NCBI GenBank assembly: GCA_964016885.1
Contig: OZ024741.1
Location: forward strand, 381,548,001-381,612,000
Direction: 5' to 3'
From: Eledone cirrhosa
Lineage: Eukaryota
DNA: 64,000 nucleotides
Notes under the pieces: model-generated
The model's database searches: none
The model's input: the letters and a program-made list of their open reading frames with translations, nothing else
Told to the model about the DNA's origin: nothing
Program-made: the position numbers and the translations under genes
Shown here: positions 27,573 through 41,176 of the stretch, in pieces
How positions within the stretch are numbered: the stretch's first letter is position 1
Layout of the letters: each line of letters starts with the position of its first letter

Positions 27573-27646
27573 TTACCTTATCTGACGAACGAATGCGGAC
27601 GTATCATGTGTTAGTCCTGTTTGGGAAACCTCGGGTAATGAGGTAA
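27573..27646 (+). ncRNA. Type I hammerhead ribozyme motif
   Basis: ttaccttat-CTGACGA-..ggac..gtcc..-GAAA-cctcggg-TA-atgaggtaa: 9-bp stem I, GUA triplet. (TA)n follows ~30 bp downstream. Confidence 0.8.
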
Positions 27647-27671
27647 TTATACTGTGTTGTTTATTATACAT

Positions 27672-27707
<36 letters not shown>

Positions 27708-28169
27708 TATATAAGTATGTATACGTACATACATATATGTATACAGACGTACAGTAGTATGTATATATATATACATACATGCACACATATATATATATAT
27801 ACGTATGGATTCACCGAAAATTTATTATAATGCTCGGTGTGTTTGTAAACAAACATCCCGAATTAAGCCGTACGGTGTCTAGCAACCATCGTTATTAAAA
27901 AGATAATATTATTTAAAAAAGAGAGGGTCAATCCTCTTTTGAAATTTATTTTATGAAGTAGATAATGTGTATGAGAAAATTACCGTTTCGATATATTATC
28001 ATCCATCTTGTTTCGATGTATTAAGATCCATCTTGTCAAATTCAGTGAAAAAGGTTAATTAAAAAAGGGAGTAAAAAAAGATCTAAAATTAAAATCAACA
28101 AACGAATTTTTGAGTAAAATTTCTTCCATCATCCCTTCTGAAAAGGCAGGGAATGAGGCCAAGTTGTTT

Positions 28170-28213
<44 letters not shown>

Positions 28214-29317
28214 GGGGGTAAATGTTTGAGAAACAGAGAGAAAACTACTTGCTGTCTGAACATACACAGAACGAAAGAATGCAATTTACTGTGACTATCA
28301 TTGAAATTTCATCACTGACATCCACTTCAGGTAGGTTGTGGAAGGCATGCAAAAGAGAGCAAACATATAGCCTTAACCGATACAAAATATTAGGAACAAA
28401 ATCAGACGATGCGATTTGAATGTGTCTGAATGGTGAATGTAAAACTCATAATTTTATATTTTATCTCCTCAATGAAACATATCCAATTAGCAAATGTGAC
28501 TAGACTAAATATATATATATATATATATTCTAATCAAACGTGTACTGGTAACGGCCTAAATGCACCGCCCTTTTCCTATAGTCGGCTCTTTACCAAGCTA
28601 CAATACACACACATACAAAAACCTACATGGACTACTCCCAGCATTCAATGACTACTTCCACCAGTATACGTCCAGGCATACATACATAGATACATTATCA
28701 CGCATAAATATGCAAAAATACATACAACAACACCATCATAGATACATGAATACAAATTAATCATACTAACACACCTACTAACTACTATATTAACACGACC
28801 AATTAATTGAACTAATAGTAGCAAACAACTACAACAACACCTACACTCCTATACTAACACAAACTACTAATTCAATAAACTAAGTATGTACTACCATGTA
28901 TGTATGTATTATCATGTGTGTAGGTACGCAATATTCTAATACATATAGGAAGGTATCTATGTACGTATATACTTGCATGCATCTATGCACGTATGTATGT
29001 ATGTATTTATCTAACTATTTATGTAACTGAATTCTTCTTTTGTTAGCAAGAACTGCCATCATACATAATAGACACATCCTATAAAAGCAGTTATAAGTGT
29101 GAAATCACGTATCCTGTATTAAATACATATGTATATGATATGGTGGTATGATCCCACAACTATTGATGAAGTGGTAGAGGCACCGTATTGGCATAGGGTT
29201 ATTTTGGCCATCTCTCTCCAAGTCCTTACACAGCTTATTTCTTCCAAAAGAAGGATAGAAAAAAAAGGTTAGAAATAGATATAGATGAAGATGAAGAATG
29301 GACCCCAACACGAAACT

Positions 29318-29450
29318 CGTACTTTATTGACCTCGAAAGGATGAAAGGCAAAGTTGACCTTAGCGAGATTTGAACATATAATGCAGAATGCTGGAATAGA
29401 TACTACAAATTATACTATATGATGTTCTTATGATTCTGCCAAATCGCCGT
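29318..29450 (-). mobile_element. SINE family A-related fragment, diverged
   Basis: gtactttattgacctcgaaaggatgaaaggcaaagttgacc..atttgaac. Confidence 0.65.
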
Positions 29451-32400
29451 CTTGAATACATATATCTAATCATAATATTACTAACTTATAATAACATTGA
29501 TATCATTCCTTCTATTGCAACCATTTCTTTCTCTCACCGCCACATGCTTTTCCCTAATTATTTATTAATATAATTTATTTTCTATATTTCGTTTCTATGG
29601 TTACCAACATGAGAAAAAAAATCTCATGTTAACAAAACTTTCAATTAAATTCTATAAATTCTATGAAACATACATGCAATTATATTTTCCATTAATATAT
29701 CAAAAACAAATTTTCAATACAAGCGCAGAATTCAAGTTAGAATCCACTATCAACACATATTCACTTTATGTTGATGGTGAGGTGCACGCCATTGTTATGA
29801 TTACTACATTTTAATTACCAAAAGAACTCCCGCCCACACGCGGAAAATATAGTATTCCAATATTTGTACCATAAAATATATCATCACTTTGATATTTTCC
29901 TCTTCGAAGTTTTTAATTAATTTTAGCTGCATATTCTACCGTACAGAGATGTATTGTTTCTTCTTAATAATTATATAATGTTACTACTTCGCATATAACC
30001 TACTCGTGGCACAATGTTTCATCATATATTCTTCAATATTGTTATTTATACTAATTTTCTAACCGTTGTTTAGAGTTGGATATCCTTGTAATAGAAAAGT
30101 GCGGAATTATATCTTTCTGGTTATCAAAGTAGTTTCCATCTATTATGGTTTTCTTGGAAAATTAGTTCACTTGCCTGATATCCAATTACGAGATTCTTTC
30201 AGTGATATAACATAAGATAAGAGTTACGGTAGATTAACAATTGTTGTTCAGTGACCTTGTGTATTTCAAACAAGATTACTTCTGCAATTCATTAAACACA
30301 AAACATTGTTGAAAGAAATTACGTGTTAACAACAAAATGTGTGATTGAGATATACATATTACGAGGAACTGGACAGCATTTGGAATATGACCGGTATCTT
30401 GAAAATCTTTACATATCTTTTCATCTAAGAGGTGGCAGGCAATCGCGAGTCAATGAGGTAATTTATTCTAGATTTTGATCCCATATTTGAATTCAATTCA
30501 TGCATTCGCTTTCCTATATTCAGAAATAGCATGATAATATTTAATTAAAAGAAAGCTACTTATGAATAATATCTTGATGTGATTTTCCAAGGGTATTATT
30601 TAAAAAAATACTGTTAAAATTAAAAACAAACTTTATTGCGAAAGTATTGTATGAGTGTTCACTGTAAGTAATTTCCTTGAATAATAGGTAATAATGAGGA
30701 TGTGTAGAGAATATTATAACTATTGGCCACCTCTGCTGAATATTCTTCAATGTTCAATCATTATGGGGTTGCATTAGTTTAGCATAGAAATATAACTGAT
30801 CTGGTTACAAACATGCTATTGTTCTAATCGCACAACTCTTTGAGATAATTGTCAAATGAATTATATATTCTGGGCACTATTAGCAAGCTTAATGCTTGTA
30901 TGACAGCAATGGAGTAACCAATAAATCAGTATTATACCTATTACCTTTATTTTATCAAGTACTAAAAGAAGATTGCCGATGAAAATGTTAACATCAATGA
31001 ATTCTTAAATAGTAAAGCAGATATAACTGTGCAAACATTAAGGGTAGTTGAATACAACTTCTGGAGGTCTCAGATATGCTAAGTAGGTTCTTTATAGGTT
31101 AAACCAAAGACATTTATCAGTACATGATGTTTACTATATTCTATATTGATGTGTAGAATGCAGGTAACCACGATACCCTAGTGTGTGTATTTAGTTATGT
31201 TACTGTACTGTTTATATCTAGTTGAATGAATAGTTCAATGTGTATTTAACCAAGGCACTCTGGATAGGTATAGCAATGTGTAGTATATTATTATAAACGG
31301 CAGTTGAGAGAGTATTTGTCTTTAGCGATGGAACCCTGTGATTTGTTAACTACGAATATTGCAGTGTTAAATATATTTACTCTTGCTATAACGTGAAACG
31401 AATCTAGACAAATATCTGCTATTATTCTATTAACTATATAATATATATAAACTATCGGGCATTGGAAATTACAACCTATAATGTTATATCATTTGTAGTA
31501 ACAGCCTTCTGTGTTACTTATTTAGAATAGACTGTGTCCATGAACAAGATATTAACATTCGTCAAAAATATTTGGTTTGTCCACACGAGACATCAGCTAA
31601 TATGAAAGCAATATAATCGAATGGATAACAGGTTCGCCTCACATACATATCTTAAATTCAATTTAACTGCGCAGTATCTTTGGTAATTTTCATTTACTAT
31701 GGCCTCGCGCTACCCTAGGAATATTAGTAAATTTCAATAGACCGAAATTGTTTGTAATTTTTACTGATGCTACAAAGGGCCAATCCTGTCACACATTATA
31801 TATGGCTAAATATCTTTGACAATTATGGTAAACATAAACATGTCAGCCGAAAGCTCATCCCATGCACTTTATTGTCACAAGAAATATGTTCTATTAATCG
31901 AAAATCTGGGACATTTGTCATCGAAGATTACTGACAGATTTACACTTTGTTAAATTTCATTTCCATTGATGTTGGTATTGATGCTCACCTGTTTCTTCGC
32001 AATCCAGATTTCCCCTTGTCGCAACAGTATGTTTCCTTTCAATACAACAGGTGACGGTTTTGAGGAATGCGTTACGCGAATAGGAGAAAAGTACATTCTT
32101 ACATATATTGAGTGTTAAAAAAGTGTATAGACAGAAATGATTCAAAAATCGTTCAAAACATCAAATTAAATAAGTTGAGATATATTATTATACAGTTTGG
32201 TAGGTGCAGCAAAAATGCAGAAAAAAGGCTTTATTCTCATTTCGAAGAGTATGAAATTTCTACTGGTTGTCTCAATTATATTTTTCTGATGTTGAGTGAA
32301 CTATTAGAAACAGTATCTCAGACGTGAACACCAATTCTTAATTCACTTCCCACTGAGATTATTTTAAATATAATACTTTTAAATGGATCATTAAAACTGA

Positions 32401-34117
32401 CTTTTAGGGTTGTCATTGTTGTTTAGTCTAAAGTCAATTCTAAATAATTAGGTGAACGGTCGAATGTTATCTTATCGAAGATACTGGGACTATATCTTAC
32501 AATGCATATTTCAATTTTAAATATGGGATGTTGTGATTTGAGGAAGATTTTAACTGATGCGTTTAGCAGGTCGAATTATAAACATTATTACTTATGTATA
32601 AATGTGTATTAACGTACAATCATTTGATTCCATTCTATTACTATGGAATTAAGCTAGGGGTTAGTATATCCAACGTTACTACTTTTGGTAAAGACAATAC
32701 AAACAAAATTCATAAGTATGAAGTAAATTTGTATGAATATTCGTATATACTTCTATCAACTGAAACCAACCAAGTACGTCTGTATACAGAATATCATATA
32801 TAATAACAACAGAACACAAAGAAATTAGCTAACTGCAATGCACATCTCCATTACACATGTCCGTGCATGCAGGTGTATGTGAATATACGATCACCAAAGC
32901 AAAATATGCTGAACGTCAGTCATGTGATTTTATATTTCTTAACGAATAATATTTTTATATTGTAAACGTAACATATGTGTATGTATATATTTCTATATGC
33001 ACGTAATCTAAAACCTCGCCAGTTATTTTCAAATATTTGTGTTAAAAAGCAACATGCTAAAATATGTCTACACGAGTAAAATATACGATTCCCTTTACCT
33101 ATGCATTACATTGCTTACGATAGTGCCATTCCCACATTTAGTATGTCGTTATGTTGATATTCGTTGCAGTATTATTAAAACCCTGGCATTCTTGTTCAAT
33201 TTTCACGTTAAATTCAATAAGCAGATTCTTAGAAAATAACCAGTTTGCAGTCGCGCAAATTGCATACCTGCCTCTAATATATATAATTAAATTAGGAATA
33301 TTACAAAGATTACTAAGTTATCTCACCTGCCTTTAAAGGACAGAGTGAAAAATTTAACTATAAACGTAGGGATTTAAATGTCATTAACGAGTTTTAAAAA
33401 AAATGGTAACGACACTTTTACACACGTTCGAAAAGAAATTGCATGTCTTGCATTTGTTTTCCTTTACACCTTATTACTTTATCATTATTACTTTCGAGAA
33501 GTAATCATTACCAAGTTCTTAGAATGCAAGCCTAAATTGCCTTGCATTTTCCGTTCATCTCTATGATCTAGATGTGTAATCACATTCTGTTTTTTATCAG
33601 GAAAAATGAATAACTAGCAATATGGTAGTTTCCAGAATACACTGACACCCACAATATTTCTCTACGAATAGAGAGCAGCATTTAACACCTTTCTATCGAT
33701 GACGAGAGAAGATTTATGGAGTTCTTCATATCAGCTATGCCTAACCGTTACACAATATGTCAGAACTTGCAGCAAAAATGTCCAGTAAAGTATGTTTTAT
33801 GGAATGGAATAAATCTAATGTGTTATATGAATCAATTTAATGGGCTGCAGAATTTCCTTAATAGCCATTTGTCTCAGGTCAATAAATACTGCGACAGAAA
33901 ATTGACCTCGATCAGGAAACACGCAATGAAGCTATGTCAGAAATCTTTGGTTTAATCGTACCAAATAAGAGATCGAAATAAATCATAAGTGGATGCGATT
34001 GTTATATATATATATATATATATATATAATAAAAGAATTATTAAATTAAATTGTTCAATTTTAACAGACAGATAGCCACACACACGCGCACACACAGACA
34101 CACACACGCACACACAC

Positions 34118-34214
<97 letters not shown>

Positions 34215-34374
34215 TATAGATATATATATCACCCTTTGTAAAGCCTACTATTCAGCGGTCTTTAAATGTATTTGTTCTACATTACTACGATAAAAAAAAG
34301 TTACGTTATGAGTGCTATTTATTCAAGCATTTCAATATTTTCTTTCAGATAGTTCCTCTTCGGTAGCCATTAGA

Positions 34375-34505
34375 ATATGGCTAATTGTCAGAATCATTAG
34401 AACGAGTACTCGAACAACTTCTCTTATTCGTTCCGTCTTTCTGCGTCACGAGTTTGAAATCCACTGAGGTTAACGTTGCCTTTCTGGGTCGGTAAATATT
34501 GTAAC
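34375..34505 (+). mobile_element. SINE family A-related fragment, diverged
   Basis: gagtttgaaatccactgaggttaacgttgcctttctgggtcggtaaa. Confidence 0.5.
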
Positions 34506-34815
34506 AGTCCAATACATAGGTCTATATTTTACTCTCTCTTATGATTATCCCGGACAGTAAAAGAGCAATTCCTATTATATTTTGTGTTGCTAATTCAACC
34601 GAAGAATTACGTTAAGGGAACATCCGCTTACACGTTAATTCGACGCGTAAGTCATTAGTTGGACAAATAAGTAAAGGAGCATTATCGAGACCTGCGGAAA
34701 ATTCTGACAAGTTGCTTTTCGAATGACATAGTACGAGGTTTATCGAGACGTCTCGCCCTGTCACTGTTCTGTGGTAGTTCGTACATCTGCATTATTTCAA
34801 ATGTATATAGATGTA

Positions 34816-34882
<67 letters not shown>

Positions 34883-34890
<8 letters not shown>

Positions 34891-36846
34891 TAATATAACA
34901 GATTAAAGTTTAAGCAAAGAATCGCTGCTTTCACTCTTAACGGGATCTTCTGAAACTAACAAAGTCAATCTGTAAACGCAGAACTGGATATTTCAAAAAA
35001 CGTTGCAACCGGAGGAAGACGATACTTTGGTTCATGGTGACGTTCGCTGGCAAAGAACGGGAAAAAACGAATAATACGTCATTAATAGGAGCGGTGAAAA
35101 ACAATTATGCGCAAAGACAGAACCACGTTTATGGTATAAAAGAGGTCGTAGACTAATGTTCTCTAAATGGTGCATAGAGACGTTCTCTGGCAATGAACGA
35201 AAAAACGAACATAATAAGTCATATGTGGAGCGTGGTGAACAATATCACGCAAAGACAAAACCACGTAAATGGTATAGCGGAAGTTGTAGACTAAAATTCT
35301 AACTAGGAGACCGAATGAATCTCCGCTACAGAGTTAAGAACAAAGTAAATAAATACAATACAGAAGTAATAGAAACAAATAAATACATACACGCAAACAG
35401 ATACGTACACATACACAAGCATACGCAAAATCTTACCATAGGTATACAAAACCACGCACATATAAATATGTGTATGTGTGTATGCTTGTGTACAAATAAA
35501 TAAATAATTATATAAACGTATATAAGTAAATAAATACGTATATAACAAGCGCACACAAATACCTACAAATAAATACACGAAAATTCGGAGACGTAAGTCA
35601 ACTAAGACAAGAAGTACAGATATACACACACTCACCATACGTACGAACCTGCATACTCACGCAGACGCAAAACACCCATATACACATAACCAAACCCTAA
35701 ATACCAGAATATGTAAAAATTATACGCCATAACATTCAAATATACGTGCGAGAAGGTATACATACCTTCACAAAACATACGGGTGATATATACTTACCTA
35801 TGCAAATAAGTAAAGGAATAAACAAAACATATACTTAGCTCCCACATCAAGACGTAAAATATCCACGTATAGATAGTGCTATCCGTTAGGGTATAACGTG
35901 GGGCTGTAATACAGGAAAGTTTTGTGCAATTTATGTTTACAAGCCGAAATTGCCTCAGATTTTTTGTTTAAGATGTGGTCTGTGGCGTAGAGTATTTCCA
36001 GGGCCTCAGCGGCGCAGAGGTCACATGGTATTTTATTTCCGTTATACGATCTAGCCCTAGCTAGGATCTCCCAGTGTAACTTCTATTGGGTGTGGTTGTC
36101 TTTTAGACACCAGATATAAGCTGAAAGTGACGTCATATTCCTTCTTAGAGGGTAACGAAAAGAATGGGTTTGCATGTAAAGACGCTGCTTGAAACTATTG
36201 GCGGTTAACCCTATGTAGGCCCTACGGGACGTGGGTGTTACAACCTTACATTTGTAGACAATGTTACTAGAGAGGCATTTCCCGGAAAGGGGACAATCAG
36301 CCCGATTCCTACAATTACAGTTAGTACTAACTACAGTGTTGCACCTGTTCCTACGGCTAGGTAGTTTAGCTAAAAGGAAGCTGTGATGTTATGTACAAGG
36401 TTAGGAGTCGTAGAATAAGAAATTTTAATAGTGTTTCTATTAAAAATTTTACTATATTTATGTGTAGGGGGAAAATGCTTCGTAATAAGGGAAAGAAAGA
36501 GCTTAGCTAATAGTGTGGCCACCTCCATATTATATGGTGGGTTAAACCAACAAATGCGACGGGATCTATTTCTTCTAGGTCTATTCTCGTACTCTGTATA
36601 TGCTACCTTATCGACATATCCACTTCGAGCAAGAGCTGCATTGTAATATGTGGAATGGTCGTTGAAAATGCGCTCGTTGGTGGAAAGACGGGAAAGCCTC
36701 AACGAAACATTTTTTACCAGGTTCTTGGTTATGCTGGCAGGATGGTTGGAATGCTTACTTATGTAATTAAGCGTATCATTCGGCTTTCTATACGGGTAAT
36801 ACAACCCATTCAATAAATTGAGGGTAACGTCGAGGTAATTAACGAC
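34883..36846 (-). repeat. Inverted duplication of the 3' ~2 kb of the adjacent PLE
   Basis: Reverse complement of ~38100-40070, with only scattered substitutions and indels. ORF 36370-36813(-) repeats residues of the 37104-39068 ORF. Confidence 0.95.
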
Positions 36847-36937
36847 TTATCGAGCCCTCTTTGGATATTAGTCTTCAATTTTATTATTATTACTATTTGG
36901 CTCCTTCGGTTGAGCACTCTACTGACTTATATTCATA

Positions 36938-39068
36938 ATGCAGAAACAACATCTGAATATTTCTACAAAGAACATACCCGTACCAAACAGGAAAACATAC
37001 CTAAAACTCCTGATACAGAAAACAGACGCGTTCATTAAAAGGTTGCGTTGGCGTGCCTTTTATTTAGATAATCCGCGAAAAGCAGACAACAAACAGGACA
37101 AATTTGGATTTAAAACCTATAATAACCCTCCGTGGAACCCAGCATTGCTACCCTTCGAAAATGATGTCTTGGAACTCATTTCGGAGTATCAAATTTCGGA
37201 ATAGGAGCAATTCCTTCCAGCAAGACCTGAAGAAAAGAATTCGTTCTATTAAGGATTCTAACGCCGTGCACGTCCATTCCGACAAAACTGGCAACCTATA
37301 TCAAGTGGAGCGCAGTACTTACCATCAACTACTACATAATGCTGTAACTATGGATTACCGTAAAACTAATCGGTGTGTCATCAATGAAATCAACGATGCT
37401 GGGTTTAAAATCACATCTGATCTCAACATCCTGGACAGGACCGAACCTCTGGACCCTATTTCTCCCCACTTTACCCTGAAGGATCACAAATGCAATTTTC
37501 CGAACAACCCCTCTATTCGGCTTATTAACCCTACGAAGTCCGATTTAGGTAGACTTAGTAAAACGATTCTTGATAGAATTATACCTGAAATTAGAAGTTT
37601 GGCCCCTCTCGCACTGTGGAACAATTCTTTCGCGGTGATTGATTGGTTCAACAGCATATGTAACAAGGAACATTGCCGTTTTATCCAATTCGACATCAGC
37701 AATTACTACTCCTCCATCACTTTACCACTTCTCCTTAGAGCTATCAATTTCGCTAAAACACTCACAGTGGTTAAGGATTTCGAAGTTGATGTCATCCTTA
37801 ATGCCCGAAAGTCGGTGATTAATTTCGACGACTCTATTTGGATTAAAAAATCCAATAGTACCCCATTCAACGTAAGTATGGGCACCAGTGACTCTGCGGA
37901 GGTTACTGATCTTATTGGCCTTTTCCTTCTTTTCTCTATCAAGGACGAATTCCCCAACGCGGGCGGTGGTTTGTATCGTGACGATGGTCTTTTGACCATG
38001 ACTAAGTGCGGACCTCGTGCTTGCGACAGATTCAGAAAAGAACTCACAGCCTTCTTTAAAGGCTTCAACCTCTCTATACAGGTTGAGGCCAATCTCTCGG
38101 TCGTTAATTACCTCGACGTTACCCTCAATTTATTGAATGGGTTGTATTACCCGTATAGAAAGCCGAATGATACGCTTAATTACTTAAGTAAGCATTCCAA
38201 CCATCCTGCCAGCATAACCAAGAACCTGGTAAAAAACGTTTCGTTGAGGCTTTCCCGTCTTTCCACCAACGAGCGCATTTTCAACGACTATTCCACTTAT
38301 TACAATGAAGCTCTTGCTCGAAGTGGATATGTCGATAAGGTAGCATATACAGAGTACGAGAATAGACCTAGAAGAAATAGATCCCGTCGCATTTGTTGGT
38401 TTAACCCACCATATAATATGGAGGTGGCCACACCATTAGCTAAGCTCTTTCTTTCCCTTATTACGAAGCATTTTCCCCCTACACATAAATATAGTAAAAT
38501 TTTTAATAGAAACACTATTAAAATTTCTTACTCTACGACTCCTAACCTTGCACATAACATCACAGCTTCAAATTTAGCTAAACTACCTAGCCGTAGGAAC
38601 AGGTGCAACACTGTAGTTAGTACTAACTGTAATTGTAGGAATCGGGCTGATTGTCCCCTTTCCGGGAAATGCCTCTCTAGTAACATTGTCTACAAATGTA
38701 AGGTTGTAACACCCACGTCCCGTAGGGCCTACTTAGGGTTAACCGCCAATAGTTTCAAGCAGCGTCTTTACATGCATACCCATTCTTTTCGTTACCCTCT
38801 AAGAAGGAATATGACGTCACTTTCAGCTTATATCTGGTGTCTAAAAGACAACCACACCCAATATAAGTTACACTGGGAGATCCTAGCTAGGGCTAGATCG
38901 TATAACGGAAATACAATACCATGTGACCTCTGCGCCGCTGAGGCCCTGGAAATACTCTACGCCACAGACCACATCTTAAACAAAAAATCTGAGGCAATTT
39001 CGGCTTGTAAACATAAATTGCACAAAACTTTCCTGTATTACAGCCCCACGTTATACCCTAACGGATAG
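36938..39068 (+). pseudogene. PLE polyprotein (RT + GIY-YIG endonuclease), ~710 aa, one frameshift at ~37180
   Basis: N-terminus STKNIPVP..FIKRLRWRAF (36938 frame) continues in the 37104 frame. RT motifs [40 protein letters not shown]; linker WFNPPY; CNC..CPLSGKC; IVYKC..YLGLT; CDLC..E. The 61.1 kb copy reads ELIRNIKF through the shifted site. Confidence 0.93.
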
Positions 39069-39649
39069 CACTATCTATACGTGGATATTTTACGTCTTGA
39101 TGTGGGAGCTAAGTATATGTTTTGTTTATTCCTTTACGTATTTGCATAGGTAAGTATATATTACCCGTATGTTTTGTGAAGGTATGTATACCTTCTTGTA
39201 CGTATATTTGAATGTTATGGCGTATAATTTTTACATATTCTGGTATTTAGGGTATGGTTATGTGTATATGGGAGTTTTGCGTCTGCGTGAGTATGCAGGT
39301 TCGTACGTATGGTGAGTGTGTGTATATCTGTACTTCTTGTCTTAGTTGACTTACGTCTCCGAACTTTCGTGTATTTATTTGTAGGTATCTGTGTGCGCTT
39401 GTTATATACGTATTTATTTACTTATATACGTTTATATAATTATTTATTTATTTGTACACAAGCATACACACATACACATATTTATAATTGCGTGGTTTTG
39501 TATACCTATGGTAAGGTTTTGCGTATGCTTGTGTATGTACGTATCTGTTTGCGTGTATGTATTTATTTGTTTCTATTACTTCTGTATTGTATTTATTTTC
39601 TCTGTTCTTAACTCTGTAGCGGAGATTCATTCGGTCTCCTAGTTAGAAT

Positions 39650-39907
39650 TTTAGTCTACAACTTCCGCTATACCATTTACGTGGTTTTGTCTTTGCGTGC
39701 TATTGTTCTCCACGCTCAACATATGACTTATTATGTTCGTTTTTTCGTTCATTGCCAGAGAACGTCTCTATGCACCACTTAGAGAACATTAGTCTACGAC
39801 CTCTTTTATACCATAAACGTGGTTCTGTCTTTGCGCATAATTGTTTTTCACCGCTACTATTAATGGCGTATTATTCGTTTTTTCCCGTTCTTTGCCAGCG
39901 AACGTCA
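39650..39907 (+). repeat. Diverged ~140-bp tandem duplication in PLE 3' UTR
   Basis: tagtctac..tatacca..acgtggtt.tgtctttgcg..ttcgtttttt..ttgccag.gaacgtc occurs twice. Confidence 0.75.
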
Positions 39908-39995
39908 GCATGAACCAAAGTATCGTCTTCCTGTCTTCCTCCGGTTGCAACGTTTTTTGAAATATCCAGTTCTGCGTTTACAGATTGACTTTGTT

Positions 39996-40046
39996 AGTTT
40001 CAGAAGATCACGTTAAGGGTGAAAGCAGCGATTCTTTGCTTAAACT
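39996..40046 (+). ncRNA. Hammerhead-like fold with non-canonical CAGAAGA core
   Basis: agttt-CAGAAGA-tc(a/c)cgttaagggt-GAAA-gca..tgc-TT-aaact. The same core occurs in copies at 34907-34957(-), 45838-45888(-) and 50511-50558(+). Confidence 0.5.
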
Positions 40047-40152
40047 TTAATCTGTTATATTAATAAATATTTGCTCTTCGGTTCTTATATATTTGATATA
40101 TATTTTCCTTATCGAGCCCTCTTCGGATTTTAGTCTTCAATTTTATTATTAT

Positions 40153-40206
<54 letters not shown>

Positions 40207-40410
40207 GAAAGGTAGAGTTCATAACTCATACTGAAACCCTGTAATTAACAAGCTCAAAGTACAAATACTGAGCATTATAATAATATATGCAGTAATAAAC
40301 ACAGTAAATAGTATTACGAGGGTTGAAGAACCACATTTGTTTGAAATATTTAACCATGAAACAGACAGAAAGATAAACATATATACAGACCACCTCGATA
40401 ACTATTATAT

Positions 40411-40490
40411 CTCCCGGACAGATTAGTGGTTAATCTGTTTCGCCCAGAGTGTGTTTCAAACAGATATTCCACGGGCATCATCAGCGCAAA
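40411..40490 (-). ncRNA. Type I hammerhead motif with long stem III and GUC site
   Basis: Minus strand: ttgcg-CTGATGA-tgccc..gggc-GAAA-cagatta accac taatctg-TC-cggga. Stem I is imperfect. Confidence 0.75.
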
Positions 40491-41176
40491 ACGGTGCATA
40501 ATGGGAAAATAACTTGAAAGAAAGTTGCCCCTGAAAGAGGAATGCAAAATGGAATTAAACATGTTTCGCGTACGTCGGATTCCCGAGATACGGGTTTTTT
40601 CCTGGTACATTCATAAATTGCCAAAAGCTCCGTGATAAGCAATAAGACTCTCTATATATATTATAACCCCCCTCTTTCTATATATTATAAGCCTCTCTAT
40701 TATAACCCTTTCTATATGTATATTACTAGACGACCCGTGACCTGTTTGGTCGCGGGTGATCTAGTATTTAATATAATCTCGCTTATATTTGACCCAAATA
40801 ATATATACTTAATTATAATTACTAGTGATATTTTATTTTATAAATTAATTTTCATATATCAACAATGTATCCCTCGATATCTAATTGCCATATATAAGAT
40901 AAACATATATGACATATATTTATAAGAAATGCATATGAGATAAACATGTGTAAGTTATACATACTTAATCAACACTTTTAATTGTGAATGTGTAAACATT
41001 AACATTACTTGGTAGTGCAAAATCTATAATAAAATCCTCTATATTTACCTAAGTAATATATACTTTAATTTTCATATAGTTGTATATATATATATATATA
41101 CCCCCCCCCCCATATATATATATATATATATATTTACTGATACACCACTTTCACATGATTATACTTACATATAAAT

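Larger units (their letters stand above)
36847..40158 (+). mobile_element. Near full-length Penelope-like retroelement (Naiad-like by motifs)
   Basis: ~50-bp terminal direct repeat ttatcgagccctct..ttattattattactat at 36847-36897 and 40109-40158. Single long RT+GIY-YIG ORF and ~1.1 kb 3' UTR. The whole unit including the inverted arm is flanked by (TA)n. Confidence 0.92.

Noticed and set aside
36938-39068. Selenocysteine recoding, as reported for some Naiad PLEs
   Set aside because: No in-frame TGA in the RT/endonuclease frame; the Cys motifs use normal codons.
34883-40070. Long inverted repeat as an amplification or assembly chimera
   Set aside because: The arms differ by scattered substitutions and indels, and the architecture matches known PLE insertions. 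The near-identical 51 kb palindrome still needs read confirmation.
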